IMG/VR virus record: IMGVR_UViG_3300037310_000131
Coordinates: 9,446-73,445 of that record
From: a virus
Taxonomy: Duplodnaviria > Caudoviricetes
DNA: 64,000 bases
Strand: one strand, 5' to 3'
Position numbers and translations under genes: made by a program. Under the pieces are notes generated by a model that saw only the letters and a program-made list of their open reading frames with translations, was not told the DNA's origin and searched no databases. This document shows positions 51,240-60,940 of the stretch, piece by piece (position 1 is the stretch's first letter; every line of letters starts with the position of its first letter).

Positions 51240-54162
51240 CATGCCCGGGACTGCGCTGTCCATCGCCCAGATCAAGCTGGTCCACGCGGAACTGGCCAAA
51301 GGGGACTTTGTGACCGGGGCCAACCTGCTGCTATACGGGCAAGGAAAGGCCCCTAACATCGACGCATATGACGCGGCGCTACCTGTGGTCAGAAAGTTCT
51401 TCAACGCATGCGTAGACGCAAAGGATTACGTCTCTGCCGCCGCCCTGTGCTTCGGCCCACCGCTATTCCACCCCGAGCTTGAGAGCGTGCGGATGGTCAT
51501 GGGTGCCGCCGCCGAGCACGACATGCTCCTGTCCATGGGTGCCTCGTCCATGGGAAAGACGTACAACTTGGTCATCTTCTGCTACTTGGACTGGTTGCGC
51601 GACCCAGAGTGGACCAGTGTAAAGCTCATGTCGCAGTCAGACAAGCACTTGACCGACAACGTGTGGCCGCACTTGGTACAGATGCACGAGGCGTGCGTCT
51701 TGCGCCCGGAGGGGAAGATCAGGCTTATTGAGTCCGACCTGTGGATGGGTATCGACCAGAAAGCGGCCCGCTCGTACGGGTTCACTGGCATGGCGTTCAA
51801 GCAGAGCCAGTTGTCCTCGGGTGCGTGGAAGGGGTTCAAGACGCAGCCCAAGCGGCCGGTGACAGACCCAAACTACGCCGTGTTCGGGCCAATGACAAGG
51901 CTGCGGGTGCTCATGGACGAGGCCCAGCAGATTCCTGAGGGCGTGTGGCAGGACCTGAACTCCATCAAGGCGTCCATTGGTTCCGGTCGTGTGAAGATAT
52001 TCGCAGCTTTCAATCCCGAGGATGTTTCGCAGCCGGTCGTGAAGCGCGCCGAGCCGGTGGGCGGATGGCACAGCGACCAGCAGGAAACGCTGTACTCCTA
52101 TGAGTCGGCGCATGGCTGGTGGGTCATCCGTCTGGACGGCGCGCGGTGTGAGAACGTAGTGCAGAGAAAGGAGCTTTACCCGGGCGTTATGCGGTACGAG
52201 GCGTATCTTGACACGCTGAAGGGTGGCGGAGACACGTCGCCAAAATATTGGTGTGCAGACGAGCTGACTGAGGTTCTCTCTGGCAGGGGATGGCTTAAAT
52301 ACAACGAGGTCGTCACGGGCGACAGAATCTACACCATCAACATGGAGACCGGCCTTGCGGAATGGTGCGCTGTTGATGAGGTTTTTGTAAAGCACTTCGA
52401 TGGATGTCTGGTGTCGCTTGAGGGGCGCGGGTTTTCGGCCCTTGTTACGGCTAACCACAGGTGGCCCGTTACGCACAAGCAGCGCGCAGAAAGCGGAAAG
52501 ACAAACTTCACTTTCAAAGAGACTGATGCACTACTGAAAAATGACTTGATTCCGCTGCGCGCCCCGCCATCTGATGTGTCGTGCTCCTTGTACTCAAGCG
52601 ACTTTGCTGAGCTGATCGGGTGGGTGGTGAGCGACGGATCGATTGGGCGACACAACCACGTTGTCGTTTACCAATCCGTGGACGCCAATCCTGAGAAATG
52701 TGCCCGCATTGAGGCGCTTCTTGAGCGCCTTGGCGCGAGCGTGAATATATTTACAAACAAGCACGGCGTCGTGCGTTACAAGTTCTCTGGCCCGCTAGGT
52801 AAGCGCGTGCATGCGGTGCTTGGAAGGCGCAAAAAACTCACAATGGATTTCATTGAGGCGCTCGACCATAGCGGAAGGCTTTCCCTCATGGAGTCCATGC
52901 TCCTTGGGAACGGGGGCATGCAGGGCGGTGGGACGCGCTGCTATTCGCAGAAGGATGAGCACGATGCGGGTATCTTCTCGGCGCTTGCATGCCGATGCGG
53001 GTACTCAACGACAACGCACAGAAGATGGGTCAGGCCAGATTCCCGCAATCCCAACGGTCACTACATGCACTATGTGAACGTCGGGAGGTCGATGACGACT
53101 AGGCTTGGCAACATCAAGAAGTCGTCGGCTTCATATTCTGGAAACGTTTGGTGTCCAAGAACGAGAAATGGAACGTTCCTCGCTAGAAGAAACGGAACGA
53201 CATACTTCACTGGAAACACCTTTGCGCGTGGCTTCCCGCCCCTACAGAACTCGGCCTTTACGGTCATCCCGCCCGACTGGGCGAGCAAGCAGCGCGGCGA
53301 GGCGCTGTACGTTGGCGACGTGGAGAACGTGGCCTCCGTGGACTTGGCGTATCAGGGGCAGGACAAGGCACTGATTGCGGTGGGCAGGTGGGGGCTGGCG
53401 TACGGCTGGCGTGACAACAAGGGCGCGGTGACGCAGTTCGTCAATCGCCTAAACCCAAGCCAAAAGCTTCCGCGCCACGTTCTGACCATAGACCAGCTCT
53501 TCGCCATCCCGAAGAACTTGGATGCCGTTGGCGTGACGCAGCAAATTATGGGCCAGTGCAAAATGATGCACATCCCGCCGAACTGGGTAGCGATGGACAT
53601 GACGGGCAATGGAGTGGCCACCTACTCGTATGCCTACAACTTCTGGGGAAAGATTCTGGGCATCAACTGGGCCGAGAAGGCGTCCGACATGAAGGTACTG
53701 ACCGACGATCTCAAGCCGGCCATCGACCGTTTTGACGGCGTGCCATCCGAGATGTGGTTCGCCTTCAAGCACTGGCTTGACCCGAATGTGTGTGCCGTGC
53801 TGCTCAACCCGACCATCCAGAGTCAGGACCTGTACACACAGATGACCACGCGCCGGTATCACTCCATGCGAAACGGCCGCCTGCACATCGAGTCCAAGGA
53901 CGAGTACAAGGCCCGCAACGGAGGCAAGTCCCCAGACGAGATGGATGTCATCGTCATGCTGCTGCACCTCGTGCGCATGCGCGGGGGTGTCATTCCCGGC
54001 ATGGTTGAGCAGAAGAACAACAACGCCACGACATCCTCGGGCGAGCGGCCGGTTACCCCGGTGGCCCAGACCATCGACAACGATACGCCGCTCGACATGG
54101 ACAACTCCCCCCTGGACCTCGGTGAGGAAGCGAGGGGGGAGCTGGACATGGGCGACGACTAG
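51232..54162 (+). CDS. terL: Terminase large subunit (intein-containing)
   Basis: Walker A GASSMGKT, Walker B VLMDEAQ, nuclease ASVDLA...MDMTGNG...SPDEMD. Confidence 0.85.
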   Translation: MSNMPGTALSIAQIKLVHAELAKGDFVTGANLLLYGQGKAPNIDAYDAALPVVRKFFNACVDAKDYVSAAALCFGPPLFHPELESVRMVMGAAAEHDMLLSMGASSMGKTYNLVIFCYLDWLRDPEWTSVKLMSQSDKHLTDNVWPHLVQMHEACVLRPEGKIRLIESDLWMGIDQKAARSYGFTGMAFKQSQLSSGAWKGFKTQPKRPVTDPNYAVFGPMTRLRVLMDEAQQIPEGVWQDLNSIKASIGSGRVKIFAAFNPEDVSQPVVKRAEPVGGWHSDQQETLYSYESAHGWWVIRLDGARCENVVQRKELYPGVMRYEAYLDTLKGGGDTSPKYWCADELTEVLSGRGWLKYNEVVTGDRIYTINMETGLAEWCAVDEVFVKHFDGCLVSLEGRGFSALVTANHRWPVTHKQRAESGKTNFTFKETDALLKNDLIPLRAPPSDVSCSLYSSDFAELIGWVVSDGSIGRHNHVVVYQSVDANPEKCARIEALLERLGASVNIFTNKHGVVRYKFSGPLGKRVHAVLGRRKKLTMDFIEALDHSGRLSLMESMLLGNGGMQGGGTRCYSQKDEHDAGIFSALACRCGYSTTTHRRWVRPDSRNPNGHYMHYVNVGRSMTTRLGNIKKSSASYSGNVWCPRTRNGTFLARRNGTTYFTGNTFARGFPPLQNSAFTVIPPDWASKQRGEALYVGDVENVASVDLAYQGQDKALIAVGRWGLAYGWRDNKGAVTQFVNRLNPSQKLPRHVLTIDQLFAIPKNLDAVGVTQQIMGQCKMMHIPPNWVAMDMTGNGVATYSYAYNFWGKILGINWAEKASDMKVLTDDLKPAIDRFDGVPSEMWFAFKHWLDPNVCAVLLNPTIQSQDLYTQMTTRRYHSMRNGRLHIESKDEYKARNGGKSPDEMDVIVMLLHLVRMRGGVIPGMVEQKNNNATTSSGERPVTPVAQTIDNDTPLDMDNSPLDLGEEARGELDMGDD
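52252..53217 (+). mobile_element. Intein (322 aa) with LAGLIDADG-type endonuclease
   Basis: Starts C-ADELTEVL..RGW, ends RRNGTTYFTG-N, +1 residue Thr; internal LIGWVVSDGS block. Confidence 0.88.
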
Positions 54163-54228
54163 CGCATGTAGCGGGTCACGCGCGTGGCGAGACTGCCATC
54201 CGCCAGTCGGTAGGTCTCTAGGAACAGG

Positions 54229-54771
54229 TCATTGCTGCACGTTCGGCACAGCAGCGACCGGCTCACTAGCTGGGGCTCCAGCTGCTTGCCGTATTTCACT
54301 CCAAGCACCCTGCGCGCCCAGAGGATGGGCTTGATTATCACTTAGTACACGCTCCCGTCTGGGTTCACTTTCTCCAGCCGTACCGAGGCCGTGTTCGGGG
54401 TGATGGTGACCCTCTCCATCACCATGATGCAGTCTGGCGGAGCGTTCCGCCGTCGGGATTTCGACGGATACTCCTCCCATCCCACATGCTTGTATCCTTG
54501 GGCCATCAGGCTGTCCCGAGATGTTATCTGGGCCGCCGTTGGTTGGTGTGTTCGCGGGCTTGTCATGGCACTTGATGCCACGCATCTGACAGATGCGCAG
54601 CGTGATTTCGCGCAGCCCTTGCGCTCGCTGGCGACGCTCCCGGCACGATTCACGGAGCGCGCGCATGGCTGCCTTGTATTCCGGGTCCAGTTCACGGTCA
54701 GCCCTGTCTTGCAGGGCCACGAGTTTTTCTGTGAGCGTGTAGTTCGCCCACTTTAATCCGGGGATGCGCAT
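54229..54771 (-). CDS. Hypothetical protein (gene model here uncertain)
   Basis: N-terminal half looks protein-like; overlaps alternative small ORFs 54342-54506 and 54159-54341. Confidence 0.35.
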   Translation of the reverse strand: MRIPGLKWANYTLTEKLVALQDRADRELDPEYKAAMRALRESCRERRQRAQGLREITLRICQMRGIKCHDKPANTPTNGGPDNISGQPDGPRIQACGMGGVSVEIPTAERSARLHHGDGEGHHHPEHGLGTAGESEPRRERVLSDNQAHPLGAQGAWSEIRQAAGAPASEPVAAVPNVQQ

Positions 54772-54784
54772 GGTGGCTCTCCGG

Positions 54785-55225
54785 TTATAGCGTCACCGCC
54801 TCCCCCACCGGCTTGGCTTGCTTGAGCTGAAGGTACCAATCGCCGAAGTTCATCTCCAGACGATTGCTGAATTGACGGATGAAGCGTTCCAGCGGTACGC
54901 GCTTGTCCACCGGGAACGCGAGGAGCTCCTTGTCGTCGAGCACAATCGCGCCCGTGGGCACGGCTGGCGACCAGCCTTCGCCTTCCGCATAGAATTTGAC
55001 CTCCAGCGGGGACTTGGCGGTGATGGGGCCCGCCGGACCAACGCCCTCGGTGTTGAGGGCGAAGAGCCCGCGCTCGGTCTGGACGTACCCCGTTTCGATG
55101 GGGTCCATGGCTTCTGCTGGGCGGCTACAGCGGCTGCGATTATAGTCGAGCAGCGCCTGTTGGAGCGGGACGGAGAGGTCCGGCACCGCGACCGTGATTC
55201 CTGTCTTGGGTCTTTCTCTGTTCAT
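54785..55225 (-). CDS. Hypothetical protein
   Basis: CAA-rich leader; early region. Confidence 0.6.
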   Translation of the reverse strand: MNRERPKTGITVAVPDLSVPLQQALLDYNRSRCSRPAEAMDPIETGYVQTERGLFALNTEGVGPAGPITAKSPLEVKFYAEGEGWSPAVPTGAIVLDDKELLAFPVDKRVPLERFIRQFSNRLEMNFGDWYLQLKQAKPVGEAVTL

Positions 55226-55305
55226 GTTGTTGTTTGTTTGTTTGTTCTGAGTGGCATGATTGCCAGCTCAATGATGCCCTGCCTGTCACGCAGGGCACGA
55301 TGAGC

Positions 55306-56259
55306 TTACGCCATCACCAGCTTGCTGGCCAGCATCATGGCCTGCCTCTTGAGCGAGGCCCCGTTGCCGCCAATCACCGCATCCTCGAACCGGCGCTCGG
55401 CCAGCCGGTACTCCTTGCCGTGGTCAACCCAGTCAGTGACCGCATTCAGGGCGTCGAAGTACGAGTTGCCCTCGCATCCCTTGCCGTTCTTGAACAGGTG
55501 GATGAGGTATCCCACCTTCTCGTTGGACGGCTCCGTCAGCTTGCCATCATCGTCCTTGGGCAGGAGCATGCCGAAGAACTCGGCAGCCTTGTCCGTGGAG
55601 CAGTGGCGCACGGCGAGCGCCTCGTAGATGGCAAACGTCGAGCGCGTGGCCTCGTTCGCCCAGCCCAGCGCCTCCATGGCGGCCTCGATGCGCGCCTCCA
55701 CGTTACCGTAATGGTTCGTGAAGAGGGCGCACTTGGCCCGCTCGGCCGCGCTCATGGTGTTGAAGCACACGACGCGAACGTCCGTCATCGTGCCGCGAAC
55801 GCCTCGGCCGAGGTAGTGTCCGTTCGTCAGCAGGAAGTACTGCTTGTGCTGGCTCCCCGCGAACGTGCGCAGGCCGGTCTGGACAAGGGCCCAGACAATC
55901 CTGCCGTTGCGCAGCGAGCCCGCCGTTTCGATCACCGGCTGGAAGTCGTCGGTGCCCGGCGCTTGCGCGAGGGCCTCCGCAATCTCCAGTAGATGCAAGT
56001 TCTGAAGGGGATTCCAGTTTTTGGGCACGACCGACAGCTCCATGCGGGTGTCGGACCGGCGCAACAGCTTGAACTCCTTCAGCTCCTGCTGGTCGGCGTC
56101 GAAGATGGGCTCTTTCGTCACCTCCCAGTCCAGCTTGGCCTCTTTCAGGGCCACAGGGGCAGAGATGGCCTTGTCCTTGAGGACAGTGCCGAGCCCGTGC
56201 CACGGAACTTCATTGTTAACCGAGACCATGTGGTCGTCGGAGTATATTTCACCGGACAT
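55306..56259 (-). CDS. DUF932 family protein
   Basis: VPWHGLG, LDWEV, ETAGSLRNGRIVW, RVVCFNT. Confidence 0.88.
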   Translation of the reverse strand: MSGEIYSDDHMVSVNNEVPWHGLGTVLKDKAISAPVALKEAKLDWEVTKEPIFDADQQELKEFKLLRRSDTRMELSVVPKNWNPLQNLHLLEIAEALAQAPGTDDFQPVIETAGSLRNGRIVWALVQTGLRTFAGSQHKQYFLLTNGHYLGRGVRGTMTDVRVVCFNTMSAAERAKCALFTNHYGNVEARIEAAMEALGWANEATRSTFAIYEALAVRHCSTDKAAEFFGMLLPKDDDGKLTEPSNEKVGYLIHLFKNGKGCEGNSYFDALNAVTDWVDHGKEYRLAERRFEDAVIGGNGASLKRQAMMLASKLVMA

Positions 56260-56338
56260 AACTTTCCTTTTTGTTGGTTGTTGTTGTTTGCTGCGTAAGT
56301 GCAGCATGGAGCCCACTGTCACTGGGCTCGGGATGCAA

Positions 56339-57034
56339 TCACCAAACAACGAACCCGTTGCTCTCAGACTTGGCGCTGCCCTTGGCCTTGAGCCCCACAA
56401 CCACGTTCTTGCCGTCAAGAAAGCGCAGGTCGGACTCGTCGCCATTTACCACGGGGTATCCATGGTATTCAGGCGGAAGCTCACGGCCAAACACAACGGC
56501 CACGTTGGCCCCGGTGTTGAGGACCGTCTTGCAGTGCTCGCCATTGATCTCCGACCGGGAGAAGGTCAGGTGGTAATTGCGAGGCAGCTCACCGTTGACG
56601 TACTTCACCATGCGCCTGAAGCTCTTGGTGTAGTCATAGAACTGCAACTCGGGGTGTTCCTCGATCACCCCGTGGCTCTCCCACGGGATGTCGCTCGTTC
56701 CGTTGAGACGCACACAGGGAGTAAGCCCCCTGAGTTCGGCCTCGGCCTTGAGCAGGTTGAGGTCGAACCGCAGCAGCCGCAGGAACCCCAGCCGGTCCGT
56801 GAGGAACAGCTTGGTCTTCCTGATGCGTGCCTGCTTCACGTTGGACATTGCGCCGCGACCCGCCGTGTAAAGGCAGGCAGCCGCGCAACCCGAACTGGCC
56901 CATGGGCAGATGTTGCCCAGCCCGCTCTGCGTGTGCGGAGCGAGGTAGACGAGGCCAGTGATGTACCCGAACCTCTCACCCTTGACCGTCTTGGCGTCGT
57001 TGCCGACGGACATGAGATGGTATCCCTTTTGCAT
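56339..57034 (-). CDS. GP88-family phage protein
   Basis: YLAP...CPWAS.GCAAACLYTAGRG, RLNGTSDI, QFYDYTK, YHLTFSRSE. Confidence 0.82.
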   Translation of the reverse strand: MQKGYHLMSVGNDAKTVKGERFGYITGLVYLAPHTQSGLGNICPWASSGCAAACLYTAGRGAMSNVKQARIRKTKLFLTDRLGFLRLLRFDLNLLKAEAELRGLTPCVRLNGTSDIPWESHGVIEEHPELQFYDYTKSFRRMVKYVNGELPRNYHLTFSRSEINGEHCKTVLNTGANVAVVFGRELPPEYHGYPVVNGDESDLRFLDGKNVVVGLKAKGSAKSESNGFVVW

Positions 57035-57293
57035 TATCTCCTTTGGTTGGTTGTTTCCGTTTCCTCATCCAACAGTACGGCCGCAAAGGCGGCAAAAGCC
57101 TTTGGCCAAGCCTAAAACGCAGGGGCTTGCGCTTGGCGTAGCGCCGGATGCCCTGCTCCGTGCGGCGGACTAGTTCCTCGATGGTCAGGAATCCCTCGCG
57201 CCCGCAGTAGACCATGTCATGGGCCACGCACACGCCTTCCAGATAGGTGCGCCTGCGCTTGGTTGACCCATTGAGGGTGACCAGCACGCTCAT
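56976..57293 (-). CDS. Hypothetical protein
   Basis: Coupled to the upstream ORF; C-terminus overlaps the next gene. Confidence 0.35.
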   Translation of the reverse strand: MSVLVTLNGSTKRRRTYLEGVCVAHDMVYCGREGFLTIEELVRRTEQGIRRYAKRKPLRFRLGQRLLPPLRPYCWMRKRKQPTKGDNAKGIPSHVRRQRRQDGQG

Positions 57294-57571
57294 GGCTTGA
57301 GCCTCCGGTTGAGTTCGGCCTTGATGGCGCGGGCCCACGGGCCACGCCACGTCGTCGCGTTGGACAGGAAGTACATCACGATTTCGCGGGCGCTGTCGCA
57401 GCCGTAGTTGTCCGCCATGGTGCCGAGGCTGCGCATGGCGTCGTGGTAGGGCCTGGCCCCGAAGTACATCTTGGGCCAGTGTCTTTCGATCAACCCGGCG
57501 AGCGAGTTGAGGTCGTGCTGAGTGAGGTCAGGGATGGCCGGGGCCATCGGGTCATTGGTTGTTGCTGTCAT
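57290..57571 (-). CDS. Conserved hypothetical phage protein
   Basis: PY.DAM..L...YG.DSA..IV.YFLSNA.TWRG pattern. Confidence 0.65.
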   Translation of the reverse strand: MTATTNDPMAPAIPDLTQHDLNSLAGLIERHWPKMYFGARPYHDAMRSLGTMADNYGCDSAREIVMYFLSNATTWRGPWARAIKAELNRRLKP

Positions 57572-57657
57572 GGTTGCGTTGTTTCACAGGCTGCGGAAGT
57601 GCAGTCTGCCTGTAGCCCCCTCGTTTCCGAAGGGGCTAGGAGCAGATTGCTCTGCGG

Positions 57658-58461
57658 TTACGGCGTGCCGGTCTGGTTCCGCCAGTTGGTGGAGGGCCAG
57701 TCGCCCATCGTGCCATCCTCCTTGAAGAGCAGGCTGCCACCGAAGGCTCGTGACGCCATCTTTTCCGTGGCGACATTGAGCTTCTCCACGAACGGTGTGA
57801 ACTCGCGGGTGTGCGTGTTCCTGCCGTTGGTGAACCTGACGGCCGTGTGGCCCGTCATAGCGCCAAGGACAGTGCCTGCGCCCACCGTTACGAGCTCGGT
57901 CGTGGTGGCGAATATCTCGCCGCCATTCTGGAGCCGGCCGACGTGCAGGCAGGCGCGGTCGTCCCTGACGATGTCGAGGATGCGCTTCTTTGGCGTGGCG
58001 GTGATGACCGCGAAGGCGTAGTAGCCACCGATTTCCTTCTCGATCTCCTCCACGCCGCCCTGACGCCAAGCATGGAGCAGCAACTCGCTGTCGCAAGTCG
58101 TGTCCACGTTGGAGTACTTCTTGGAGTACACGACGCCATTGTGGATGAGCGCCGCATTGCCGATTTGCATCGGGTGTGTGTTCTCCAGACTGATGCCGCA
58201 CGTTGCCGTGCGAGCATGCACAAGGAGGTAGCCACCGTCGGATTTGGTGAAGCTGCCTCCGAAGAACCCGCTGACATAAGCGGGCGGCACGTCCGACAGG
58301 TTGGGTGATGACGAGCGGACGGTCTGGACGACGCCTTCCGGCGAAATCCAAGCCGCACCGTATCCGTCGCGCTCCGTGCCGCTCATGGAGCGCCACAGCT
58401 TGCGGACGATAGCCTCAAGCCCATCGGGGTCGTGCTTGGTCAGTATTGCGATTTTACACAT
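57658..58461 (-). CDS. Class II glutamine amidotransferase (Ntn)
   Basis: MC N-terminus, DGYG, HARTAT, NTHP, HNG, DSE. Confidence 0.88.
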   Translation of the reverse strand: MCKIAILTKHDPDGLEAIVRKLWRSMSGTERDGYGAAWISPEGVVQTVRSSSPNLSDVPPAYVSGFFGGSFTKSDGGYLLVHARTATCGISLENTHPMQIGNAALIHNGVVYSKKYSNVDTTCDSELLLHAWRQGGVEEIEKEIGGYYAFAVITATPKKRILDIVRDDRACLHVGRLQNGGEIFATTTELVTVGAGTVLGAMTGHTAVRFTNGRNTHTREFTPFVEKLNVATEKMASRAFGGSLLFKEDGTMGDWPSTNWRNQTGTP

Positions 58462-58473
58462 GGTGGTTGTTGT

Positions 58474-59469
58474 TTATTCCTGTTCCGTTGCGGGCTGCGG
58501 AGCGGTGTACATCTCCGGGTTGATTTGCTGATGGCGCTTGGCCCAATAGCCTCTCTCGTACTCGCAGAGGGGCAGGGAAGCCATGGCCGCAACGCCTTCG
58601 CCCTTCGGTCTGGCTTTGACGGCCATGAGCAACTCAACCAACCTGACCCACGAGATGATTTTCTCGTAGGACACAGTGCCCGAGTGCAGGCGAATCTCCA
58701 GCGTCTTGTACTTCTGGAACGCGACGAGGTTCACCGCACGATACCGGTCGTGCCTCGACACGCCGAACTGGCAGTAGCTGTTCTCCCGGCGGGACATCGG
58801 AACGTACTCGCGCAGGGCATACAGCCACCTGTCAACGTGCTTGGCGAGTGCCAGAGCGTCGTTCTCTGTCTTGCCGCGCATGTCGACGTGGACGTGAAGC
58901 CCACACGAACGATTGACCGCGTGCTGGCCCAGCAACTGGCACACCCGGTAAAGCCGGGGCTCCAGTTCGGAGCGCTTCACAAGCAAGCGGTACTCGCGGC
59001 CCGACCAATCGGGACGCCTGCCCTCGTAGTTGACGCTCCCGTCCGTGCCCTCGCGGGCCCAGAAGGGAAGGTGCTTTTCTACGGACGGGCCGAAGCACTC
59101 GATTTCAATGCCGACGGCACGCTCATACTTGAACGCGACGGGATTGAGCGGGCGCTGGCGCAGCCGGGCGACGAGGTCGGCGCTCAGCGGGTCAACGATG
59201 CGCTTGGCCTCGCGCCTTTCAGTGAGCTCGTTGCGGCGTGCATAGCAGCGATACCGACGAGCAATGTCAAGAATGTGCGTAACTTGCAGCACGCCACCCC
59301 CCCCTTGCTTGTCCTTTTGCTTGCGCAGCCTCGAAACATAGAAGCGGGCCCATGCCCGCTCCGTGTGGCCGTCCACGAACTCATGCTCGGGAAAGACCCT
59401 GAGCACGCTATCCGGCTGAATGCGGATATACTGAGCTGTTCCTTTTTCGTAGCATAATACACTTTTCAT
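58474..59469 (-). CDS. Putative amidoligase (COOH-NH2 ligase type 2)
   Basis: GIEIEC, DGS, SCGLHVHVD, RYRAVN, TLEIRLHSGT. Confidence 0.88.
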   Translation of the reverse strand: MKSVLCYEKGTAQYIRIQPDSVLRVFPEHEFVDGHTERAWARFYVSRLRKQKDKQGGGGVLQVTHILDIARRYRCYARRNELTERREAKRIVDPLSADLVARLRQRPLNPVAFKYERAVGIEIECFGPSVEKHLPFWAREGTDGSVNYEGRRPDWSGREYRLLVKRSELEPRLYRVCQLLGQHAVNRSCGLHVHVDMRGKTENDALALAKHVDRWLYALREYVPMSRRENSYCQFGVSRHDRYRAVNLVAFQKYKTLEIRLHSGTVSYEKIISWVRLVELLMAVKARPKGEGVAAMASLPLCEYERGYWAKRHQQINPEMYTAPQPATEQE

Positions 59470-59540
59470 GGTTGTTGTTGTTGTTGTTGTGCTGTATAAC
59501 TACAGCATGGAGCCCCCTGTCACGGAGCTCGGGGCTGTAT

Positions 59541-59834
59541 TCAATGGTCGCCATAGAATGCGTCCAAATCCTGCCCGGTTGGGTCGTCCATCGCCGCCCG
59601 ATGGCGCGCATCGTAGCGCGCCCCGGCCTGCCGGTGTTCGTGCAGCTCAGCGAGCAGGTTGTTGCGCCAGTTCGTGAGAAACTCGCGCCGCGTGCCTATT
59701 CGCCGATTGCGCAGAATGCGATCCAGCTTGGCTATGGCCTCTTCCATGCTTCGCTCAGCGCGATGAAAGCGCCGCTCAGCGTCCTTTCCATGACAGGCTT
59801 CCTCGTAGTAGAAGCCGTCGCCATCGTATGGCAT
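59541..59834 (-). CDS. Hypothetical protein
   Basis: GGAG ribosome-binding site upstream; helical. Confidence 0.55.
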   Translation of the reverse strand: MPYDGDGFYYEEACHGKDAERRFHRAERSMEEAIAKLDRILRNRRIGTRREFLTNWRNNLLAELHEHRQAGARYDARHRAAMDDPTGQDLDAFYGDH

Positions 59835-59905
59835 GTTTGCCTCCTTTGTTGCACTGCCGATTGGCAGCATACAGCCCACCGTTGCCAGTGGGTTGGAGAT
59901 ACCTA

Positions 59906-60031
59906 TCAAGGCAAATCGTGCTCGTCATTGTACTCTTTGGCGTCCCTGTACAGGCACCAAAAGGCATAGACAAGAAGCACAAGCGGCAGCCCAAAGGCAA
60001 CCGCGAGGATTATAATGACGGTCGTGTTCAT
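59906..60031 (-). CDS. Small membrane protein
   Basis: One TM segment; coupled stop/start. Confidence 0.5.
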   Translation of the reverse strand: MNTTVIIILAVAFGLPLVLLVYAFWCLYRDAKEYNDEHDLP

Positions 60032-60375
60032 GGGCCCATCCCCAGATGCCTGCGCAGCGCGTATGTGATGTTGCGCGCCAGCTCGCCACGCCCCATGGCG
60101 CTTTCGTATTCGACGCCAAGGTCGCGGGCCAGTGCTAGCAGCACCCGCAGACCGTGGACTCCCACGACGGACCCCACAGGCTCGTCGTCGATGTAGATGG
60201 TGCCCTTGAGCGATCCATCGGACGTGTGTTTTTCCACGTAGCGCTTTTTGATGGCGTCGGGAAACCCACTGAGGATTTCGGCGGCCCACAGGGTGTGGCC
60301 GTCGAAACCGATGACCTCAACCAGCCTGACGATGGCGTCACGCTGGGTTTCCAGATTGAACTGGTTGTCTTTCAT
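60028..60375 (-). CDS. Hypothetical protein
   Basis: CAA-rich leader. Confidence 0.6.
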   Translation of the reverse strand: MKDNQFNLETQRDAIVRLVEVIGFDGHTLWAAEILSGFPDAIKKRYVEKHTSDGSLKGTIYIDDEPVGSVVGVHGLRVLLALARDLGVEYESAMGRGELARNITYALRRHLGMGP

Positions 60376-60415
60376 GTGTTTGTTGTTGTTTGCCCCGGCG
60401 GAATTGCCGGGAAGG

Positions 60416-60526
60416 TTACAGGCTCCCGAAAGCCAGCGCAAGACTGGCCACGCAGAACAGTACCAGCATGAGGCATGCCAGCACGATGGCCCACTGGGCC
60501 GGTGTGAGTTTGGGATTTGTGTTCAT
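60416..60526 (-). CDS. Small membrane protein (36 aa, not in the ORF track)
   Basis: MNTNPKLTPAQWAIVLACLMLVLFCVASLALAFGSL. Confidence 0.5.
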   Translation of the reverse strand: MNTNPKLTPAQWAIVLACLMLVLFCVASLALAFGSL

Positions 60527-60574
60527 GGGCAAAGGCTAGCCCGCCCCTCGCGGAACGGGCTAGGTGTGCTGATC

Positions 60575-60940
60575 TTAGACCTTCGCGGCAGTCAGCTTGC
60601 TGAGCTGCTCTTGAATAGCCTGAACCTTGGCTTGCTCGCGGCGGAGCTTAGCCTCCAACGCGGACTTCGTGTTGTCGTGTGACTTGTAGTACTTTACAGT
60701 CCACGTCGTCCCCTTGCTGCTGTCATTCTGCCGGATGTCCCGGCAGACCGCGCCGTCGGGCAGCATGGCGGTCACTTTGTTGCTAACCTGCGCAACGCTC
60801 ATGGATGCGAGCATGTTGCGCTTCTCCTTGCGGGCCGCCGCAATGGCGGACCCATAAAGGCCCATCTGCTCCTTCGTAAACCTGTTGGACGTGTTGACGA
60901 TGGACGCGATGTCGACCTGACTGAGTGTGACGAGTTGCAT
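60575..60940 (-). CDS. Hypothetical protein, first gene of the early region
   Basis: GGAG site and CAA-rich leader; coiled-coil C-terminus. Confidence 0.65.
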   Translation of the reverse strand: MQLVTLSQVDIASIVNTSNRFTKEQMGLYGSAIAAARKEKRNMLASMSVAQVSNKVTAMLPDGAVCRDIRQNDSSKGTTWTVKYYKSHDNTKSALEAKLRREQAKVQAIQEQLSKLTAAKV

